DNA of 47,861 nucleotides from NCBI GenBank assembly GCA_963833125.1, contig CAWHWX010000015.1, forward strand, positions 1 through 47,861, given 5' to 3'. The translations under genes and the position numbers were made by a program. A model generated the notes under the pieces. That model did no database searches, was not told where the DNA came from, and worked only from the letters and a program-made list of their open reading frames with translations. The stretch comes from Candidatus Bathyarchaeota archaeon. Lineage in GTDB: Archaea; Thermoproteota; Bathyarchaeia; 40CM-2-53-6. Below, piece after piece: positions 40,523-47,861 of this stretch (within the stretch, counting starts at the first letter, position 1; every line of letters begins with the position of its first letter).

Positions 40523-41663
40523 CTAGTCCCAGAAGACCGGCAGCTTCGTCAGGACTTCAGGCTTCCCTGCTCTTACGATTACTTCGTTCTCTATCGAAGC
40601 GAAATTCCCCTTCCACCGAACGTCAGGTTCGACACAGAGAACCATGTTCTTTCTAATCTTCCCCGAGACACCCGGAAACAGATAGGGGTTCTCGACGATT
40701 TCAAGACCGATACCGTGTCCGAAGGGCGACACCCTGAAGCCGTCCCGGTTAAATCTCTCCAGCGCCAATATTGAGGACCCAACCTCGCTCTGATCGATTA
40801 GTTTCTCGGTCATTGCGTCGGTTGCTTCACCGGCTACCTCAATGAGTCTACGCTGTTGCCTGTTGGGTCGTCCAGCGCATCCGATTCTAAGTATGTCGAA
40901 CCCGTATTTCGCTACCCATCCTACGAAGTCAATTGAAACTAATTCTCCTCGTCGAATCTTCTTGGAGGAGGCGAATGGCCATCTTAATCGACCCATTTCG
41001 GCCTGACTGAACCCTATCTCGCACAACATAATCAGCTCCCGCGTCCATTGCAACTTCTCTAGCGATACTGCCTACTGCACTCTCCGCCATACCCGGCTTA
41101 ATCCTGTCAATCGCGGCACCTAGTGCTTTGTCAGCAATTTTCGAGGCTTGCCTCATAAGGCGAAGCTCGTTTTCGCTTTTGACTAACCTGAGCTCAGTCA
41201 ACAGGCCGTCGTTGTATTCGAATCTGATGTCCGGAAATTCCCGCCTCATCTCGTCGAGGTAGATCGCGGGTATGACGTCTCCACCCGCAACAGCTAATTT
41301 AGAACCATTCAACCCCGTCTCCCTTATCGCGCCCACTAAGTCGTGTGCGAAGTTCGTTCCTGTCCTACTCTTCTCCACACCAACAACAGCATTAGTTTGG
41401 AATCCGAGCGGTGCGATTAGGGTAGCCTGACCTTCCGTAGGAACCAGGAGGGCACTGTACCCTAAGCCCGAGACCTGATCTGTTTTGGGGCTATAGGGGA
41501 ATGCATTCTTATGCCCACATAGATAGCAGACATTTCCATCTCGTTCAGCATAACCTGAGAAAGACAACAATCCACCATAACCACTCTCACGAAGTCGCTG
41601 ACGAGTCTTATCCAGCCTCGTTCGATATTCCCGCTGAGGCAACGAAATAGTTCGACCTGCCAT
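40523..41663 (-). CDS. Second M24B peptidase/creatinase-fold hydrolase (frameshifted)
   Basis: EY..RL...R N-domain, LR.VKS..E...MR.A, D...D, GHGIG, VEP, IENE. Confidence 0.88.
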
Positions 41664-41776
41664 CTTATTTCCCCTTTAGAGGCCTCCATTCGAATCTATT
41701 ATCATTTTGAAACACTCCAGATCCATAGTGTCAATTGTTAAATCAATCGCAGAATCATCTTGCAGGCGTGTCCTAG

Positions 41777-42196
41777 ATGACGAAACTGGAAATTGAAACC
41801 ACGGTTAGATCGATTTACGCTGCTTTTGAAGCGTTAAATGCCGAGAAGCTTGATGAGAATTTCTCGCATACAGACGAGCTTACAGCTTTCGGCACCGACG
41901 ATGATGAATCCTTCTATGGCTGGGATCAGTACAAATCCGTTCATGAAACTCAATTTAAGGCGGTGAAGAGTTTTCGGTTCACGTCAACAGACATGAGAGC
42001 TTTCGAACACGGGGACACAGCATGGTTCTCGGACAGAGCCCACTGGCAAATAGAAACAAAAGCCGGGGAAAAGGTTGACACGACAGTCAGAATCACTGGG
42101 GTCTTGTTAAGGAAGCAAGGTAAGTGGGGAATCGTTCAATGGCACGTCTCGCAAGGGCGCCAAACGGCTGCACGAATACTAGACAGACTTCCATGA
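41777..42196 (+). CDS. NTF2/SnoaL-like fold protein
   Basis: FGT...E...GW, GD.AW, R.T.VL.....W.IV.WH.S. Confidence 0.8.
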   Translation: MTKLEIETTVRSIYAAFEALNAEKLDENFSHTDELTAFGTDDDESFYGWDQYKSVHETQFKAVKSFRFTSTDMRAFEHGDTAWFSDRAHWQIETKAGEKVDTTVRITGVLLRKQGKWGIVQWHVSQGRQTAARILDRLP

Positions 42197-42262
42197 TGAA
42201 GGCAGGTTCTGTGTGGCTCTGAGAAGCCGTAATGGATTCTACGGCCTTGGAATTCGCAGCTG

Positions 42263-43881
42263 TTACTCCGGTGGTATCTGTTTCTGCAATAGGTTTAGGT
42301 CGATTCCCTGGCTGCGGCGTATGCCCCAAACTATTGCGTATATGATCGCTCCGACTGCGAATGTTGGAATTATGCCTGTCAAGAAGACTGACTCGACATT
42401 TCCAATGGCTGGTAGGAGTATTGCGTAGATGGTTACGAGAGACACTACGATACCTAACACGCCGAGGATGGAGATCAGTGGAACCCCTGCGAGTTTCTTC
42501 TGACTCAACGGATGAGCGGATTTGAAGATGTCTTTCCGTATGTAAGGATAGGCAATCGCTGCGAATGATACGATGAGAAACACCATGAACGTCCCAGCGG
42601 TGCCATAGGTGAATAGTGTAGCGAGTAAGCCATATTGGAATATGGCGATGTAAGCAAAGAGCAAACCAATAGCTGTCATTATTCCGATCGCGTACACTGG
42701 GGTCCTTGTTCTAGGATTGATATTCGCAAAGACACTAGGGGCTAAGCGGTCGAACGACCAGGCGAAAAGGTTCCTGCTGAGAGTGAAGAATATTGAGATG
42801 TTCATGACTTCAGCGGTAAGGCCGAAGCTTAATGTGAAAATGGCAATGAGCACTTGATTCTGGGTCCAGAACATCGCCAGCCCAGATGCAAGCGGAGGTG
42901 TTCCCGCAAGGTACGGATAGGCCGAAGAACCAGAGAGCCATAACGCAGCCATCGAGTTCACAAAGGACGGGCCTTCACCAAAATACTCTACCGCTATCAT
43001 CACCGTAATGAAAGCTGCAAATATTATGGTCCCGCCTAGCTGGGCGATGATTTGGGTTTTATGGTTTCGTTTGGTTTCTCCAGCGAAATATGCGGAAGAG
43101 TTGAATCCAAGGTACCCTAACAGTCCAAGAGCTGCAGCATATAGCGAGGCCGATGAGAGCAGAGGTGGCACGCCGTTGTATGCGCCACTTTGTTGCCCTG
43201 CGCTAACGATTTGGTCGTAAGTCATGTTGGAACCTGAAAGCGAGTTGAAGTTTTGCGCAAAACGCCGCTACCCGTTGAAAGCACGGTTGCAACGAAGATT
43301 GCTCCAATGATGATCGACAAGATTGTCCAATACTTCACAGTCCTCGTGGCTAACCGAGTACTCGCGATGACGACGAGGCCTGCGATGATTATGAAGACCG
43401 CGGATATCCAGAACGCTGAAGCAGGAGTTTGGAGCGAGTTGGCTATGTTAAGATAGCCTGGATTCTTGTCGAGAATTCCCAAGTCGTAGTACAGTTGTGC
43501 AATTGACCATTGGCCGATCCAAGGAGCGACTGCTCCAACCACGGATATGCTGAGGATGGTAAACGCAAAATTGGTTATGAAACCTATGCTCGGATGAAAC
43601 ACTCTTCCTACCCAGACGTAGTCACCGCCGCTTCGAGGTATTGCAATTGAGAACAAAACGTACATCCCCGCAATAGGAAGCACCAAGAGTAGCCCGATGA
43701 GAGGTCCCAGCAACGGATTAGCTTGAGGATAGAATGCCTGGGGTAAACCGACAACGTTGAACACGTAAAGTAACCCCATCTGGGTCACGCACATTCCAAG
43801 AGCGTCCATTCCAGAAATCTGCTTGACGAGCCCGGTTGCGTCTCTCACGAAAACGGTCTTGTGAGGTTTCGAATCGGACAT
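42263..43881 (-). CDS. APC family amino acid/amine permease (frameshifted)
   Basis: VF.RDATGLVK, IPRSGGDYVW, Y.AGE.K, SR..FAWSFDR..P...A..N, IPPE end, all typical of archaeal APC permeases. Confidence 0.9.
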
Positions 43882-44046
43882 AGGGTATTCTGTTCGCCAG
43901 AAGATCAAACCATGTTAATATGTCTTAGCAACCGTGACCCTGTAAAACAACCCGTCTCCTAAGGTAGATCAGGTACGTAAGAAACCGGGAGATGACTGCC
44001 AGCTTTTTCTCTACGCAGCAATCTACAGCCGTAGGCAGGTAGTGGC

Positions 44047-45718
44047 GTGTCCTACGACGTACGATTTGAGTTCGGAATAAAACAGGAAATGCGCGATGGC
44101 GTAAAACTCTCTTCAGACCTCTATCGGCCTGACGCTGAAGGAAAGTTTCCCGTTATTATTACCAGATCACCATACATGACCGTGGAAGGATTTCAGAAAC
44201 GCTTCTCCGAGGAGGCAAAATTCTTTGCAAGACATGGTTACGTATTCGTTATACAGGACTGCCGAGGGAAGAACGATTCTGAAGGAAAGTTCCACCCATT
44301 CTTTGATGATCCAGCCGACGGATTCGATACACTGAATTGGTGCGCAAACAAGAGTGGTCCAATGGCGCAATTGGGCACGATCGGAGCTTCCTATCAAGCC
44401 TGGAACCAGTGGGCCACGGCAACCCAAAATCCTCCGAATCTCCGCGCTATGGTTTCGATAGTCGCGTTACCAGATCCGGTCCTGAATGTTCCATTTCAGA
44501 ACGGGGCGTTGGTCTTGTGGATGGCTGAATGGATGGCGATGGTAGATGGAAAGAAGAACACCGATCCATCAATATACGATTCTTTGAAACTGTACAATCA
44601 CTTACCGCTAGAGACAATGGACGAGGAATTTGGAAGAAAGCAATCGCTAATCTGGCAAAATTGGATACGCCATCCCTCAGCAGACGACTACTGGAAAGCC
44701 TCATTCTATCAGGACAAGTTTAGTCAAATTGATGTTCCAGCCTTACATGTTTCGGGCTGGTACGACGACGATGTCATAGGCACACACATCAACTATACCG
44801 GCATGAGAAAATCTGCCAAGTCAGAACACGCTAGAAATAATCAGAAGTTGATAATTGGCCCGTGGCAACACCATGTTAACGTAACGAGACAATTAGGGGC
44901 GATCGATTTTGGGCAGTCAGCACTGATTAGACTTGCGACAGATAGAGCTGGAATGGTTTGACTACTGGCTCAAAGGAATAGAAAACGGGATAATGAAACA
45001 ACCCAAAGTCGATATTTTCACAATGGGCAAGAACGCATGGAGAAAGATGGATTCGTGGCCTCTCGAAAAGACTGAGTACGTGAAATATTTCCTTCATAGC
45101 AACGGTAAGTCGAACACTTCAGCGGGAGACGGGAAACTCTCTACAACTAAACCAACAAAGAGAACCCTATGATTCCTATAATTACGACCCAGCCGACCCG
45201 TGCCCCAACATATTCGACACGTCCACAATGCCCGCCGAAGGCCCCTATGACCAGCGACCCATCGAGAGACGCGATGACGTGCTCGTATACTCCACTTCCA
45301 GTCCTCGATGATGACTTAGATATTACCGGCCCGGTGAGAGTCAAACTATTCGCTTCCACTTCTGCCCGTGATACTGACTTTTGGGCGCAGCTTGTTGACG
45401 TGTTTCCGAATGGATATTCAATGCACTTGACTGAGGGAATAATTAGGGCTAGGTATCGGAACTCGCTCGAAAAACCGGAACTGCTGGAGCCCGATCGAGT
45501 CTATGAATTTGATATCGATTTATGGGTCACAAGCAACATCTTTCAACGAGGCCACAGGGTCAGGCTTGGATGTTTCGAGCAGTTCTTTTCCAAAATATGA
45601 TCGCAATCCAAATACGGGTAATCAATTTGGAATGGACACAACGCTAAAAGTTGCTGAACAAAGAGTGTGCCATGACGAGAGCTACCCCTCTCACATTCTC
45701 CTTCCAGTAATCAAGTAA
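44047..45718 (+). CDS. CocE/NonD family serine hydrolase (S15-like; several indels)
   Basis: MRDGV.L..D.Y.P, QDCRG...SEG, GASY nucleophile elbow, GWYD, GPW.H, then G.V.V.L.AS....DTD and FP.YDRNPNTG. Confidence 0.9.
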
Positions 45719-45762
45719 CGCTATAGGAACAGATGCGACCTCGTTTTGGTTCTCGGGTAGCG

Positions 45763-46748
45763 TTAGGAGAAGATGCACTCACAGTGAGGCGTACAGGTCC
45801 TCGTTAGGTGTTCATGCAGGAGATAGAGGTCAGTACTGAAGTATCTTTCTGCTCTGTCAGGCAGCACCGTTACAGCAACCTTGTCTTGACCGAACTCTTC
45901 GAGGGCCTGAGTAACCCGAGGACGTTTGCCCCTGACGAAATGCCAACCATCAACCCATACTGTTTACACAGCCTCTTCGCCATTTCTACAGCATCATCGC
46001 TTTTCACCTTAGCAACAAGGTCGAGCTCATTCATTTTCACAATTTTCGGTACAAAGCCATCTCCAATACCTGCAATTTTGTGATCATGAAGAATCGTTTC
46101 ACCAGACAATATAGCTGACTCCGCAGGCTCAACAGCAACCAGTTTGACGTTTGGATTTCTCTCGAAGAAGGCTTTAGCAATACCGAACAATGTTCCGCCC
46201 GTTCGCGACTCCTGCCACAATGATATCTATTCTCTCGCTGATGTCCCCGACGATCTCCCGGCCGGTTGCTTCGTAATGAGCTGTAATATTTTCCTCGTTG
46301 CTGAACTGTTTCGTTAGATACACGTTATGGGTCCTTTTTGCAATTTCCTCGGTTCTTCTGACCGTTCCTTCAAATCCCTCCGCTTTTCGTGAGGCAGACG
46401 GACCACGCCGAGACTCTCGATTAATCGGATTCTTTCCTTGCTCATGTGTTCTGGCATAAAGACGACCATTTTGTATCCCTTGGCCGCGGCGACCATCGCA
46501 AGCGCTATCCCTGTGTTGCCGCTGGTTGCTTCCACGATTATTGAGTCGGGTTTCAGAATACGCCGTTTTTCCGCAGATTCGATCATGTACTTTGCAATTC
46601 TGTCCTTTACGCTACCGCTTGGATTCATGAACTCGAGTTTTGTGTAGAATTGATAAATCTGGTCGTTCAGCTGTATTCGTAACTTCATGAGCGGAGTATT
46701 GCCTATGAAACCCAGAATCGAGGAATTAATGGGCTGAACTTGTTGCAA
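45763..46748 (-). CDS. PLP-dependent cysteine synthase family protein (CysK-like; several indels)
   Basis: IGNTPL, KLE..NP.GSVKDR, EATSGNTG, GTGGT-like, H.I.GIG.GF.P, GISSGAN, LPD.AERYFST. Confidence 0.85.
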
Positions 46749-46867
46749 ATCCTAACGAAGATTCGTTCCATTGAGTTTGCATTTCCCACTTCCGCCTCTT
46801 TGTCGTATGTGATAATCAGGTTCTCATGAATCCGGTTACAACGTGCGGTTTGATATAGTCAAGCATC

Positions 46868-47596
46868 ATGGTTTCGGACGTGAACCGTCTTTTGACCCGA
46901 ACGGAAACTAGCGCGAATGCTAGGAAAGAATTTCTCGGTGGGGTGAAAGCCATGTTGCCTATTCTTCTCGGGGCGATCCCGTTTGGGGTAACCTATGGCG
47001 TGTTGGCTTTTGCGGGTGGGTTGGGTATTCTAGCGGCCTTTGGAATGTCTTCGATTGTATTTGCTGGCTCGTCACAGTTCGTGGCCGTACAACTCTTCAC
47101 TGTCGCTGCACCTGCGGCGGTCATTATCCTTACTACGTTTATGGTGAACTTGCGCCATGCCCTGTATAGTGCGTCCCTCTCTCCTCATCTCAAACATCTT
47201 CGCTCATTTTGGAAGTGGCTTCTGAGTTACCTTCTCACCGATGAAGCCTACGCCGTAACCATCACACACTACGACCAAGTTGGTACCTCACCCAATGCAC
47301 ATTGGTTTTTCTTTGGAGCAGGGCTGACTCTGTGGATCGGCGTGGCAAGCGAGCACGGCGGTGGGAATTTTCCTTGGAGAAGTTATCCCGAAGAATCTTC
47401 CCTAGACTTCGCCATCACCTTGACATTCATCGCTCTCCTCGTCCCCATGTTGAAAGACACATTCAGCGTTGCCGTTTGCTTGACCGCAGGGGTGATCGCC
47501 GTCCTTTCTATCGCTCTGCCGCTCAGCTTGAACCTAGTACTAGCGGTGATTATCGCAGTACCAATCGGTCTTGCACTGGAACGAATTAGGCGATGA
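46868..47596 (+). CDS. azlC: AzlC family branched-chain amino acid exporter subunit
   Basis: MS..VFAGSSQF, VNLRH.LYSASL, LTDEAYA. Confidence 0.9.
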   Translation: MVSDVNRLLTRTETSANARKEFLGGVKAMLPILLGAIPFGVTYGVLAFAGGLGILAAFGMSSIVFAGSSQFVAVQLFTVAAPAAVIILTTFMVNLRHALYSASLSPHLKHLRSFWKWLLSYLLTDEAYAVTITHYDQVGTSPNAHWFFFGAGLTLWIGVASEHGGGNFPWRSYPEESSLDFAITLTFIALLVPMLKDTFSVAVCLTAGVIAVLSIALPLSLNLVLAVIIAVPIGLALERIRR

Positions 47597-47603
47597 AGTA
47601 ATC

Positions 47604-47861
47604 TTGCTAAATCCTCAAACGGTTTGGTTAACGATCTTCGCGATGGGCGCGATCACATTCGCGCTAAGATTGTCGTTTATCGTGTTCCTGGGACGAATTA
47701 GTCTTCCCGTCCGTAAGACGCGGGTTGGACTTTGTGCCTCCAGCTGTCTTCGCCGCATTGATCTTTCCCGACCTCCTCCGATCCACCATGATAGCTCCGC
47801 TATCCATTCACATGGATGCCCGCCTCATTGCGGGAATAATTGCAGTAATAGTCGCCTGGCG
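47604..47861 (+). CDS. azlD: AzlD family exporter small subunit (partial, runs off window)
   Basis: MLNPQTVWLTIFAMGAITFALRLSFI ... VPPAVFAALIFPDLL ... RLIAGIIA. Directly follows azlC. Confidence 0.8.
   Translation, partial: MLNPQTVWLTIFAMGAITFALRLSFIVFLGRISLPVRKTRVGLCASSCLRRIDLSRPPPIHHDSSAIHSHGCPPHCGNNCSNSRLA

Noticed and set aside
37099-41663. Creatinase plus N-carbamoylsarcosine amidase pathway
   Set aside because: Both M24 proteins retain the D-D-H-E-E metal ligands that true creatinases lack, and no creatininase, hydantoinase or sarcosine oxidase is present.
2687-46748. Programmed ribosomal frameshifting or phase variation at the split genes
   Set aside because: Breaks are too numerous, hit unrelated genes, and share no slippery motif. 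Sequencing error is more parsimonious.

Overview
Archaeal chromosome segment, most likely TACK superphylum and plausibly Bathyarchaeia (inferred from the HMf-type histone, Rps17e, deoxyhypusine synthase, TgtA, an augmented Sm protein and an IPGF-type C-terminal sorting tail). The sequence has many 1-nt indels that split otherwise intact genes, most likely long-read assembly error, so I re-joined many CDSs across frames. From left to right it holds: an ECF transporter; housekeeping genes; a small accessory patch with three unannotated ribbon-helix-helix mini-genes and a repeated TGTCAAGTT motif; a fused EtfB-EtfA plus FixC/FixX operon; an RNA-metabolism cluster; a secreted CAP-domain surface protein; an anaerobic respiration island; and an amide/peptide catabolism cluster. 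The respiration island contains a MobB-FmdE fusion, a Tat-exported molybdopterin oxidoreductase operon with an NrfD-type anchor, MobA, an HTH-10 activator, and a membrane-anchored NirK with an extra cupredoxin domain. The most unusual element is missing from the ORF track. Directly after nirK is a gene for a Met-rich ubiquitin-like (MoaD/SAMP-fold, C-terminal GG) protein with a near-consensus twin-arginine signal, so it appears to be an exported ubiquitin-like protein.
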